The notes beneath the pieces are model-generated. The model was not told the DNA's origin. It made no database searches and was given only the letters and a program-made list of their open reading frames with translations. From Neoechinorhynchus agilis (taxonomy: Eukaryota > Animalia > Acanthocephala): DNA of 64,000 bases. Both the position numbers and the translations under genes were made by a program. This document shows positions 50,109-61,639 of this stretch, one piece after another. Position 1 is the first letter of the stretch, and the number at the start of each line of letters is the position of its first letter. The stretch covers positions 6,984,784 to 7,048,783 of the forward strand of contig CM121341.1 of NCBI GenBank assembly GCA_051530055.1, given 5' to 3'.

Positions 50109-50716
50109 TCAAATATGTATTCAAAGCTTTCATTGTTGTAGGCTTTATGAAAATTCAGTCTAATCAAAATTGGCCACATAAAAAGTAATTGATTCACGAT
50201 CGCCAAATTACAATAAGGCTAAAATAAAAACAGCTTTCTCTTGCTGATATCCAGTTTATCCGATTGATGCCACTTTGTCTGTTGAATTAAAAAATGGATA
50301 GAGATTTAAAAATAGGAAAGTAAACGGCATGATCATTTTGCATTGAAATCTACGCAGCTGAATAACACAAACCAATCGATGGATTAATGATTATTTTGTC
50401 TTATTCTAGGTGCATTGAATTTCTTTTTTCGTAAAAGATTATATTCTGGGTGTAATGATTTTCCAGAATATTTCGACAGAGGTTGTGGTTATGTAAATTA
50501 TTAGTTTTATTTGTGATTGGTGACCATTCTTCGTTCGAATTAAATAAAAAAATTATATCGTTCAACTAAAACTCATTTCAAAACTAGAAGACAGCCTTGG
50601 AATTTCCACGAGATGTTTGCTCGTCAGCCCCAACACACAACCGAACAAAAAACATTAAATATCAGTACATATATTTGGCAAATATTAGGCATTTTTTAAA
50701 CAAATAATTGCGCAGT

Positions 50717-52366
50717 CTAAGCCGGTGTACCCGTGGTTGCTGCAGCTGCAGCAAGTGCAGCTCCAATGCCTGATCCGTCGGTAGCCAATGAAATCCTATA
50801 CTGTATGTTCTTCTCCAAAAGCAAGTTACAATAATACTCAACATGATGTTTGAACTTGGGATGGTATCGATACAGACTCCCATCGATTCCAATAGTCGGT
50901 GACCTTCTCGCCATTTTGAACAATACTGCCGACAACGCACCGGCCAATAGTTTTGCCGCTCGCTGAGTCACTAAACGGCATACATAATGAACAATGGCAC
51001 AATCGTCCACAGTAGCGTTTGCATAACCAATTCGATTCAGAATATTTCTTGTCTTTTTAAACGTCAATCCCCTATCGGTCTCAATATCGGACACATATTG
51101 GGTGTAAAATGCGTCTCTATTGTAAAGCAACGATTGTCCCGAGGAGTATTCTGTGATGGTCTACAAAAGCACAGAACCCATTGAGACCATCACAAATTAA
51201 GGCCGATTTTCAAGTCCATTTTTCGGAAACAATAGATTATTCTCGACTAAATCGACTAGAATAATTCGGACGATTTCACCCAAGTACATGCCGGAAATCA
51301 TCTTCTCGAATTTTTGAAATCCCGGATTGATAGATGCCTCGTCTACTTCACGATCGTAAACCGTAGTAAATCTTTCAAGATTGTAGTTCTTGTCTGAGTC
51401 TCCGTAAGCTCCCCATTCACAGTTAATGATCATATACTTGTCTGGAGGACCGATCGTAGATTCTACTTTCTTTATATTGACAATCTTTTCCAAATAGCAC
51501 GCATTTGTACCAGTTCCAACGATCATCCCCATGGCACAGTCCGGGTACATGTACGAAGTGGCTATCAATGTACCGACAGTATCGTTCACTAATGCAATCA
51601 CCTCTAAATTGATTTCTCGTTCATCGATAGAATTTTGAAGGAATTCAACCACGTCTTCACCTACGACGTCCGGACAGTCGAATCCTTTCGTCCAACCTAT
51701 CAAATAACCTTGTTGTAAAGACTCTTGTTGGCATGGAAAAGAAAATGTGAATCCAATCTGCATGCGAACACTGTTGTCCAAATCGTGCTCCTCGTGAAAA
51801 GACTTAATCTTGTCAGCAATAAATCCAAACAATGCTCCACCATTGCTCTTCATTATTGTCAATGGAATTGCGTATCCTCTACTTTCTAACACTTTTTCGG
51901 AAGGATTGCCATTCATTCGCAATAACAATACTCGAAAGTTCGTTCCACCCAAATCAAGAGCTAAAAAGTTTCCAACCTCTTTCCCATTCGGTAGTCGTGT
52001 AACATAAGTAGGGAGCATCTTTAAGTCTGACTTTTTCTGCAGCAAACCATTCTGCATGGACTTGACAAAGTCATCTTCGAACTGTCGCAAATCTTTCATG
52101 TCGATATTTAACTTATCCAATCGCTCTATTATCATCGGACCGTTTTCCTTTAAAAATCGACTGCCTACCTGTTTCTTTAAAATGTCATGAGGATCCTCTC
52201 CAATGGGCCCAAGTGCACCGCTAAAACTTGTTCCTCTAACGAATGTATTGATCTGTTTAGTCTTCTTTTTGAATAGCAACCTTCTAATCCAATTCATGTG
52301 CCTCCGATGACGTTCTCTATGATTGCTTCTTATCGATTTCCTAATTTCATGATTGAAGATCTCCAT
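50717..52366 (-). CDS. HK: Hexokinase, 2 exons (~52366-51199, 51147-50717)
   Basis: LKMLPTYV, FLALDLGGTNFRV, GFTFSFPCQQ, WTKGF, VNDTVGTL, GMIVGTGTNACYLE, INCEWGAYG, FEKMISGMYLGEIVR, IGIDGSLYRYHP, DGSGIGAAL. The start ATG is uncertain. Confidence 0.92.
51148..51198 (-). other. Non-canonical stem-loop intron in hexokinase (~51 nt)
   Basis: An in-frame TAA at the 5' edge is followed by the perfect 11-bp stem TGTGATGGTCT/AGACCATCACA (13 bp with one G-U). No plausible GT-AG solution keeps the conserved LLF..L..R..F.T segment. Confidence 0.72.
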
Positions 52367-53270
52367 GGTAACGAATTTTCCTGAAGCCAAAAGTGTTTAG
52401 TTGATGGAGAAATATAATCGGGTGGTAAGCAATGATTTCCATTGCAATAGGGAGCGAATCTGAGAATCAATGTGGTTTCTGATCACGTGATTGTTTTGTT
52501 ATTGTTTTTGATATTTTCAATGGTTGTTGTTTTCATAATCGCTCACTCACTTTTAAGCTCTCATTTCGAAGTTGTGTTTATCACTAATTTTCGACTTTTA
52601 GTAGTCAACTAATGTTTTTTATGAGCATGTTAATGCTAACAATGTTCTGTCTTAATTTCACACATCGTCTCGGCTTTTCACGTTTCTCCTAAGGTTTTAT
52701 TTAATGAATGTAGCTTGATTTTTTAGCCAACCAAAAAAATTCCAATACAATTTTTTGCAATATAGATAAATAAACATCCATTTGCTGTATACAAAAACAG
52801 CGTAAAGTGCATTGCACCACCACAAAAAAATTAAGTATAAAAATCAATTTGCCGATAAATTAGCTCAAATCATTGAAATTTATTCCGAGCACAAAAGGTT
52901 TTTCAACAAGCCAATTAATGTTTATCATTTTTTTTCTGGAAATATTTTTAAGATAGCGTTCGCCGCTATTACTTTAATCTGATCAAATTGCAAAATTCCC
53001 TGATTGAAAGTATAACGTTCAAAGTCACGCAAACTTTATTAAAAGACAAAATGACGTTCCAACGAATCATAACCAAAAATACGGCATCATCTCAAATATC
53101 ACACCCAGAACTCGCAACAAGAAATGTCGCCATTGTATTCTGTTCTAAATTAAGGACTCTCAGAATAGGACAAAACTCTGAATTTTTTTATGTGAGTGTG
53201 AGTAACGTCTATGAAAAGAGTACAAGTAGACATTTGAACACAAGTGCGCAAGTACTTTGAACCAAAAAAA

Positions 53271-53663
53271 ATGCTACGTCCAATAGAGATTGTTTTGATC
53301 GTCATATTAACCTTGATTGTCATTCTCGTAGTTATTGGATTGATTGTATGGATTGTGCGATGTACCTATAGTAAAACGCGGAGTAGAATAATACGGGATC
53401 AAGTGGAAAGGGAAGAGCAACGGTTTCACGAAATGTTGCACATCAGACAACATGAATTGCAGGAAAGTGCAGAGGAAAGGAAAAAGATGTATGATCAGTT
53501 GAGAATGAAGTATCGATTACCAGGACATGATTCATTGGTCAGTCAAGATCAAACTTCGGATGAAAAGGAATCAGGCAATCTAACCACTGATAACGTTCGA
53601 GGCGTACCGTCCTTTATTACTGATGAAAACGATGCAAATCTTGCGAAGGATCACAGATATTGA
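53271..53663 (+). CDS. Small single-pass membrane protein, PTTG1IP-like cytoplasmic tail
   Basis: TM IVLIVILTLIVILVVIGLIVWIV, then a charged helix ending MYDQLRMKYRL, which resembles the recalled PTTG1IP HDEIRKKYGL. No PSI domain seen. Confidence 0.6.
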   Translation: MLRPIEIVLIVILTLIVILVVIGLIVWIVRCTYSKTRSRIIRDQVEREEQRFHEMLHIRQHELQESAEERKKMYDQLRMKYRLPGHDSLVSQDQTSDEKESGNLTTDNVRGVPSFITDENDANLAKDHRY

Positions 53664-53989
53664 TTCGAATTGCATAGAACGACCGTTCAAAAACAAGAGA
53701 CAGTTTACTTTAAAAAAATTAAGTTCAGCACCCTTTTTTTAAGAGCATAACTGACATTTAGGATACAAAACTGATTTGTTTTGAATGTTTTATTTGTAAT
53801 TCGAAAACTTTTGATGTGGACACGTTAACTGATCAATTAAACAAATGACATTTAGGTGGTATTTTAAAAAAAATCAACAATAGAACTGTAAATGCGTCGT
53901 GCCATTCTAATTTGACAGGTTGTGGGCATTTGCGAGATTATTTGCATTTATTCATTAAATGTAAAATACGAATTTAATCTCCTAGGAAG

Positions 53990-55095
53990 CCCCATTTTCG
54001 CCAAAAATGTCTCAAAGACCTCGAGGCCCGAGCATGTGAGCTGTCAGCGCACGAAGCCTTCCTACTTTTAAAGAATTGCCTATACATCCCCAAATTGATG
54101 TATAAGTTGAGAGCTGCTCCGTGTTTCGAGGAGAAAAGAGTTTTATCGGATCTTGACGGGGTTTTACGTTCTTTTTTAAAGAAAATTTTTAATATAAACA
54201 TTACGGATACGGACTGGCGGCAGGTTACGTTCCCAACCTCTTTTGGCGGCCTCGGCATCCACGCAGTGTCGGATTTAGCCCTTCCAGCGTTCCTCGCCTC
54301 TTACCGAGCCAGCAAAACGTACGCGGACTTTCCAACATGAGACAAAACTCATAAAACATTATTTGGACGGTTTGTCGATCTGGCAATCCCGGACAGAGAT
54401 CCCGCACCTTCCGGAAAATGACCACAGGCAGTCGGCATGGGACCTTCCCCTCACAAAGAAGATTCACAAATCCTTTAACGATCTTCTCTACGAGCTTTCC
54501 CAAGTTCGTCTTGCGGCGTGTTCTACAAAGGAATCGGGAGAGCCCCGAGAATCGGAACTCTTCTAGAGGATTCTACGTTAAGGGTCGCAGTTTCTCAAAG
54601 ATTGGGCCAGGATATTTGTATCCCGCATCGCTGTCGCTGCGGATCTATAGTTGAAGCCAATGGCAGACACGGCCTCTGTTGTAAAATGTCCAGAGGAAGG
54701 TTTCCAAGACACTCAGAATTGAACTCAATTTTGAGTAGAGCCCTAGATTCCGTCCACGTGCCCAATATTCTAGAGCCAAGTAATTTATGCCGCCTAGACA
54801 GCAAGCGACACTGCTTTTATAGGATGCGACCCAGTAATTTTCCCTTTTTTTTAAAAAAAGAGCCCTGGAGGTTCAGCGGTCGTAGCTGAGGAACGAAAGC
54901 GTTCAAAATATAGAGAGCTTCTGAGGAATTACAATTTCGTCCTTTTGCCGTGGAAATGTATGGAGCCTTGGGACCATCAGCGCTCACTCTCCTCGACGAT
55001 TTGGGACGAAAAGGATAACGGGGGAACCGCGCTCGAGAAATTTCCTCGCTCAACGAATTGCGATACAGCGAGGGGACGCTTGAATAAGCATCATG
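53990..55095 (+). mobile_element. Degenerate CRE-like non-LTR retrotransposon, 3' part
   Basis: WRQVTFPTSFGGLGI, LRVAVSQRLGQDICIPHRCRCG..HGLCCKMSRGRFPRH, ILEPSNL, FRPFAVEMYGALG, EPRSRNFLAQRIAIQRGDA. Contains stops and frameshifts. Confidence 0.88.
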
Positions 55096-55401
55096 AAAGA
55101 TGATAACTCCTTTTTTGGCCTTCTTGGCTCGAAATGCGTTCGATTCTATATTCTTCAAAAAAAACTACGAGCACTTTTTTATGCGTTAGGTTTGTGGTGC
55201 ATTATCTCGCTCTCCTTTTTTTGTCACGTCTATTGATTGATCACCGTCCTCGGAAATCCTTTACGACCTATTCTGAAACTCGCAATTTAATTTCATCTTC
55301 AATATTTGCTTCAAAAGCTGATGATTTATTGGATTAATACATATATTGATAAAGACGACAGTGAGACCTTTTTTTGTGTGCTTAAATATAATGAAAAAAA
55401 A

Positions 55402-55968
55402 TCAGCATTGACCGCATGTCCTTTGGCACATCTTGGCTACATCTTTTTTGTGGCATTTCATCCTCATTGAAGAGCAATAATTGTTCACATCTCTACAAAT
55501 TTGTTTTCGTCGTCTCTGCAATTGTGTACCGTAAACACTTTTCAGAATGTCAGATCTATCAAAAGAGTTATCATTGGTCCATCTTGGTCGGTCGTAAGTT
55601 TGAGTTCGGCGTTTGACTACAAGTGGAACCACGTAGGGAAAAGCTCTTCTTTTAAACATTTTGGGCGCTGTATTCATTGGAAGTTTTATAGATTTCGACC
55701 AAAAATGGCCGTATTTGGGTCTTTTAAATTCACGTCGATCCAATAGATCCTCTGAGCTCACTGTATCCTGCCATTTGCGTTGAAAAACAAATCGTTTTTC
55801 TCGGTCCCATGTTCTTGAGGGAACCTTTTGGTGATAAAAATCATCACTGCTGCTACTATCGTCGCCTGCATGTGGAGAACGACCGAACACCCAGCTTCCG
55901 GATGCGTACCGTCTACTCACGGACGGTTGTATTGTGAGAGCCACTAACAGGCAAACGACAAAGTACAT
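55402..55968 (-). CDS. Secreted precursor with dibasic sites and a C-terminal ShK (ShKT) domain
   Basis: Signal MYFVVCLLVALTIQPSVS, many KR/RR/RK pairs, and six-Cys CRDVNNYCSSMRMKCHKKDVAKMCQRTCGQC at the C-terminus. Confidence 0.8.
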   Translation of the reverse strand: MYFVVCLLVALTIQPSVSRRYASGSWVFGRSPHAGDDSSSSDDFYHQKVPSRTWDREKRFVFQRKWQDTVSSEDLLDRREFKRPKYGHFWSKSIKLPMNTAPKMFKRRAFPYVVPLVVKRRTQTYDRPRWTNDNSFDRSDILKSVYGTQLQRRRKQICRDVNNYCSSMRMKCHKKDVAKMCQRTCGQC

Positions 55969-56240
55969 TTGTGCCGAGAAACACCAACTATTTGCTTCAA
56001 TTACATATAAGTTCTTCGAAAGGGCGTTCGATAGTAATAAATGGATTCATTGGCAAGTGACTAATCTTTTCCATACCTCAGGCATAATTCGTCTACTACC
56101 AGTAAAGAGCTAATATCAACAATAAAAGGAATGCTCAAAGGAAACATTTTTTCGACGAACAAAACATTCTTGTGTCTAGGAAGGAAAACATAATTTTCTT
56201 TATTCAATATGACATTGACAAGTCATCCATTCACAACCAT

Positions 56241-57457
56241 TTAATCTGATGACTCCTGATTGTAAATCCTTCGATCGTCAGCTCTGGCGTATACATTCTC
56301 TGATCCACTCATTGTATTCACTTGATAATCAAGATCACGTCTGCGTCTCCAACTTCTATAAAACTTAAACTGAAGTACAGCGACTATTAGAAACAAGACT
56401 ATAAATGCAAACGAGGCAATAAGAGCGTAACGGACACTCGGGACACTTAAATCGAATTTGAACTTATTTTTTACTGCCGTTGGCGTTGTTATCATACTTG
56501 CAGTTGGTCTTCGACTCGTCGGTTTCACATAAGTGTCAGTAAAATTCGATGAAGATATTTTGGGAACTGTGGACGTTGGTGTCTCGGTTTTTTTGAACGT
56601 GGATGTGATCAAAGTCGATGTGGATAATGTCGTAGATGTCGTTAAAAGTGAAGTTGTATTTGTTTGAATTGTGGTTGTTGTCGTTGGCGGTTGTGTGGTT
56701 GTTGTTGTTGTCGTTGTTTGGACTGTAGTCGTTATTTGCTTCAACTGCTTGATATCGCCGCAATACAACTGATAAACTTGAGTGAGCACCATATCGCCAG
56801 CCGATTCTAGATATTGAACGGCGATTATTATGCCAATAAGACATTCTCGATCTTCGCCTGGCTCAATTCGGATTATCGAATGTGTTGCGTTATTTTGGAC
56901 AAAAGACTCGTTGCTGCATAAAGGTTCAAATATTTGATTGAACATAGTGGACATCTCCACGGGAGCGTGTCGGTTACATGCAACGGTGTGCTGATACAAA
57001 GTTTCAGCGGAAAATTTTCGTTTAAACATTCCAACACTTCCACATTCGAGCACAAAGTCGGTCATATCGGGGTACAAATCGATTGGAACATACTTTACTT
57101 TGTACCAAGCAAAATGAACATTGGCAACGACGTCTCCTTCGATCGGTGCCGAAAGTTTTATCGAGGAATTTACACATATATCCAGTTTTTGGAATGGAGT
57201 CGACGTATCCCAAGGATAGTCGCCTAGTGGTTCTATGCAGATCTGTTTAAATTTCTTTAAAGCGATCAATACTTTATTTCTTTCAAAAGAGTTTACCGTT
57301 AAACGAAATGGTAAAATGTTTTTTCTCTCCAAATAATTGAAGAAAGATTTATGGATTCCGTGCAAAAATTATCGATCTACTGCAACTTGGGAACGAAATC
57401 GCTTAAGGATCTATAGATTCTTTGTTGAATTCCGAAAATAGCAATGAGAATTATCAT
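56241..57457 (-). CDS. Type I membrane protein with Cys-containing ectodomain and Thr-rich mucin stalk, 2 exons (57457-57427, 57370-56241)
   Basis: 374-aa open frame with a TTTTTTQPPTTTT stalk and TM YALIASFAFIVLFLIVAVL. An upstream mini-exon completes the signal peptide MIILIAIFGIQ|FLHG. Confidence 0.75.
57371..57426 (-). other. Candidate non-canonical intron (56 nt, AA..AT) in the signal-peptide coding region
   Basis: Both flanking frames hit stops inside the gap. The only nearby AG gives a stop or the wrong frame. Modest stem ATCTAT/GTAGAT. Confidence 0.5.
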
Positions 57458-57504
57458 ATAAAAAATATTTTATATGTTAAGCAGAGCGAAATCAAGGAAA
57501 AATC

Positions 57505-60066
57505 GTATATCACGTACAGAAATTAGATTGGCCATTTTTCTTGTACGGAATTCGACGCAATCCATAAAACATTTTATAATTCGAAAAAGAAAAACACTCT
57601 TAAATCCAAATTAATTTCTAAATGACAATTCGATCGAAGAACGGGTAAAAGAATTTAATGTTTACTGATGCAATAAATTTGCCGTTTTTACGGAATTCGA
57701 CACAATCCATAAAGCATTTTATAATTAATTCGAAAAAGAAAAACACTCTTAAATACTAATTAATTTCTAAATGACAATTCGATCGAAGAACGGGTAAAAG
57801 AATTTAATGTTTACTGATGCAATAGATTGGCCGTTTTTACGGAATTCGACACAATCCATAAAGCATTTTATAATTAATTCGAAAAAGAAAAACACTCTTA
57901 AATACTAATTAATTTCTAAATGACAAGTCGATTGAAGAACGGCTACTATTTTAATATTTCCTTCTCTAAGAATTTAATGTTTACTGATACAATAGATTGG
58001 CCGTTTTAACGGAATTCGACACAATCCATAAAGCATTTTATAATTAATTCGAAAAAGAAAAACACTCTTAAATACTAATTAATTTCTAAATGACAAGTCG
58101 ATTGAAGAACGGCTACTATTTTAATATTTCCTCCTCTAAGAATTTCATGTTTACTGATGCAATAAATTTGCAATTTTTCTTGTACGGAATTCGACACAAT
58201 CCACAAAGCATTTTATAATTAATTCGAAAAAGAAAACACTCTTAAATACAAATTAATCTCTAAATGACAATTCGATCGAAGAACGGGTAAAAGAATTTAA
58301 TGTTTACTGATGCAATAAATTTGCAATTTTTCTTGTACGGAATTCGACACAATCCACAAAGCATTTTATAATTAATTCGAAAAAGAAAACACTCTTAAAT
58401 ACTAATTAATTTCTAAATGACAATTCGATCGAAGAACGGGTAAAAGAATTTAATGTTTACTGATGCAATAAATTTGCAATTTTTCTTGTACGGAATTCGA
58501 CACAATCCACAAAGCATTTTATAATTAATTCGAAAAAGAAAACACTCTTAAATACAAATTAATCTCTAAATGACAATTCGATCGAAGAACGGGTAAAAGA
58601 ATTTAATGTTTACTGATGCAATAGATTGGCCGTTTTCTTGTACGGAATTCGACATCCATAAAGCATTTTATAATTAATTCGAAAAAGAAAAAACTCTTAA
58701 ATACTAATTAATTTCTAAATGACAAGTCGATTGAAGAACGGCTACTATTTTAATATTTCCTTCTCTAAGAATTTAATGTTTACTGATACAATAAATTTGC
58801 CATTTTTCTTGTACGGAATTCGACACAATCCACAAAGCATTTTATAATTAATTCGAAAAAGAAAACACTCTTAAATCCAAATTAATCTCTAAATGACAAT
58901 TCGATCGAAGAACGGGTAAAAGAATTTAATGTTTACTGATACAATAAATTTGCCATTTTTCTTGTACGGAATTCGACACAATCCATAAAGCATTTTATAA
59001 TTAATTCGAAAAAGAAAAACACTCTTAAATACTAATTAATTTCTAAATGACAATTCGATCGAAGAACGGGTAAAAGAATTTAATGTTTACTGATGCAATA
59101 GATTGGCCGTTTTTACGGAATTCGACACAATCCATAAAGCATTTTATAATTAATTCGAAAAAGAAAAACACTCTTAAATACTAATTAATTTCTAAATGAC
59201 AATTCGATCGAAGAACGGGTAAAAGAATTTAATGTTTACTGATGCAATAGATTGGCCGTTTTTACGGAATTCGACACAATCCATAAAGCATTTTATAATT
59301 AATTCGAAAAAGAAAAACACTCTTAAATACTAATTAATTTCTAAATGACAAGTCGATTGAAGAACGGCTACTATTTTAATATTTCCTTCTCTAAGAATTT
59401 AATGTTTACTGATACAATAGATTGGCCGTTTTTACGGAATTCGACACAATCCATAAAGCATTTTATAATTAATTCGAAAAAGAAAAACACTCTTAAATAC
59501 TAATTAATTTCTAAATGACAAGTCGATTGAAGAACGGCTACTATTTTAATATTTCCTCTAAGAATTTCATGTTTACTGATGCAATAAATTTGCAATTTTT
59601 CTTGTACGGAATTCGACACAATCCACAAAGCATTTTATAATTAATTCGAAAAAGAAAACACTCTTAAATCCAAATTAATCTCTAAATGACAATTCGATCG
59701 AAGAACGGGTAAAAGAATTTAATGTTTACTGATACAATAGATTGGCCGTTTTCTTGTACGGAATTCGACACAATCCATAAAGCATTTTATAATTAATTCG
59801 AGAAACATACTCTAAAATCCCAATTAATTTCTAAATGACAATTCGATCGAAGAACGGCTACTGTTTTAATATTACCTCGTCTAGGAATTTAATGTTTACT
59901 GATACAATAAATTTGCCATTTTTCTTGTACGGAATTCGACACAATCCATAAAGCATTTTATAATTAATTCGAGAAACACACTCTAAAATCCCAATTAATT
60001 TCTAAATGACAATTCGATCGAAGAACGGCTACTGTTTTAATATTACCTCGTCTAGGAATTTAATGT
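57505..60066. repeat. Tandem satellite with ~150-bp and ~172-bp unit variants, ~16 copies
   Basis: GGAATTCGAC at 57547, 57692, 57841, 58011, 58186, 58339 and onward. The long variant has a CTACTATTTTAATATTTCC insert. Confidence 0.93.
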
Positions 60067-60398
60067 GGTGTATAAATGTCAAGGAAATGCGTACATTTAA
60101 GGGACCCATTCGCGCGGGAGAGAGAGAAAAGGTTAACCGGATCTGTTTTTACTGGTTTGAAATGGGTTTTTAGATCGTTAGAAGCAACAAGAGTCCATTC
60201 GGTTTGAATGAGACTTGTAAATAAAAGCAATTTGAGCATACTAACGGGCTGCATGGTTGTTCTTAAGCGCAAATGGTGGTAGTGAAGCAACGAGGAGAAG
60301 CATTGTTGCGGTGGTGATAAGATTGGTTATTGTAAAGAGATAGTTTCGACATGATGATGGTCTCCGTTGGCGCCGGCGTTGTTATCACAGCTGTAAAT

Positions 60399-61558
60399 CT
60401 AAGGCGATTCGGTCTGGTTGTCTTGGTTTGGGACTTGGAGAGGTGGAAATGGTTTAAATTGACTAGCCTGAGACAATGATGGATGAGGGTTGGGAATTAT
60501 GGCGGTGTAAAAGTTCTCGGCTAGAGTTGCGATATCCTCTATGCATACATACACATTTATGTAATAAAAGAGGTCGGTATCGTAACCTTGTTACTTCGGT
60601 CGAATGGCATGAAGGAATTCGTACAATGGAGAAAACTGCCAGTATTATGAGAGAAAGGTGCAGAGTGGCAGTGACTGCTGAGGGATAACAGAAAAACCTA
60701 CAATGTTGCCAATGGCACTAATCGGCCTCTTTTTGCAGAACGTTTATTTCCGTCTAAATAGTAAAACACGTCTTTTAGACAGGATGGCAGTAAGAGAATC
60801 TAAGATTACATGAAAAGATAAAATAAAGATGGAGTTGTTTTAACGAAAATAGAGGGTGAAAATCAACTTGTTAGAGCAATCTTGAAAAAAATGATTGAGT
60901 TTTCTAGCGCTACCAGCTCTGTTCAATCCTATTTAGAACAATATTTTTCGTGGATTTAAAGTAGCTCATATGATTTTTGGCTCAATAATGTTTTCGATTA
61001 TTTTGTTTTTCAGATATAGAAAACTTGAACATATATTATTTGATACTGTCAAAGTTCGAAATCTTCACAAAAAAAACACGGCTATCATAATTTTTCTTTT
61101 TTAACTATCAGATTTCTTAGTAATTAAATGTTGGAACAACTGTAAATTGTATTAGCCTGCTTCCTAGCTACTTTTAGTACTAATAAAAAAAACAAAGCTG
61201 GTTTTAATTTTAACAATTCCAGATTGTCTGGTAAGCAACAAACCGGGTATTAGAAGTAATGATCCGGTAAAGACGATAGTAAAACTGCGGATATCGTCCT
61301 TGGGCGAAACAAAGCCTTCGGGCAAGTTGATTGTGCTGAATACCATCCTTGAAGATACAAATATTTCCTCATTTTCTTCAACAAACAAAAACGCCCTCAA
61401 GAATGCATAGTATTTCCAGGACCTTGATTTTCTTGAGGCGATTATTCAAAGGGTTTTTGTTCCAATTACTAATCTGATTTTATCTAGAGTGCTCCCGGCA
61501 AACACTAGTAAAAACAAATAGTCTTTCCAATTTTTAGAGAGAAACCAATAAGTCCCAT
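60399..61558 (-). CDS. Reconstructed 7-exon hypothetical protein, possibly C2-like
   Basis: Removing six gaps (61444-61524, ~60894-61205, 60829-60870, 60746-60781, 60626-60679, 60541-60594) gives one frame: MGLIGFSLKIGK..FILSFHVILDSLTAIQTFCKKRPISAIGNIVGFSVIPLYEFLHAIRPKEDIATLAENFYTAII..*. There is no homology anchor. Confidence 0.4.
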
Positions 61559-61639
61559 TTCGGAATTGAATTTTTGTCGAGATTGATGGACGAGTTTATA
61601 GCTGAAAAATCACGAAACTCGGGAACTATATGTTCTTGA

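Noticed and set aside
5333-51199. Stop-codon reassignment or readthrough to explain the broken REXO4 and hexokinase ORFs
   Set aside because: The REXO4 gap holds all three stop codons, and readthrough would insert 16 aa in the active site. The MAST (49 nt) and GSS (59 nt) gaps change frame. TAA, TAG and TGA all end intact genes in this window.
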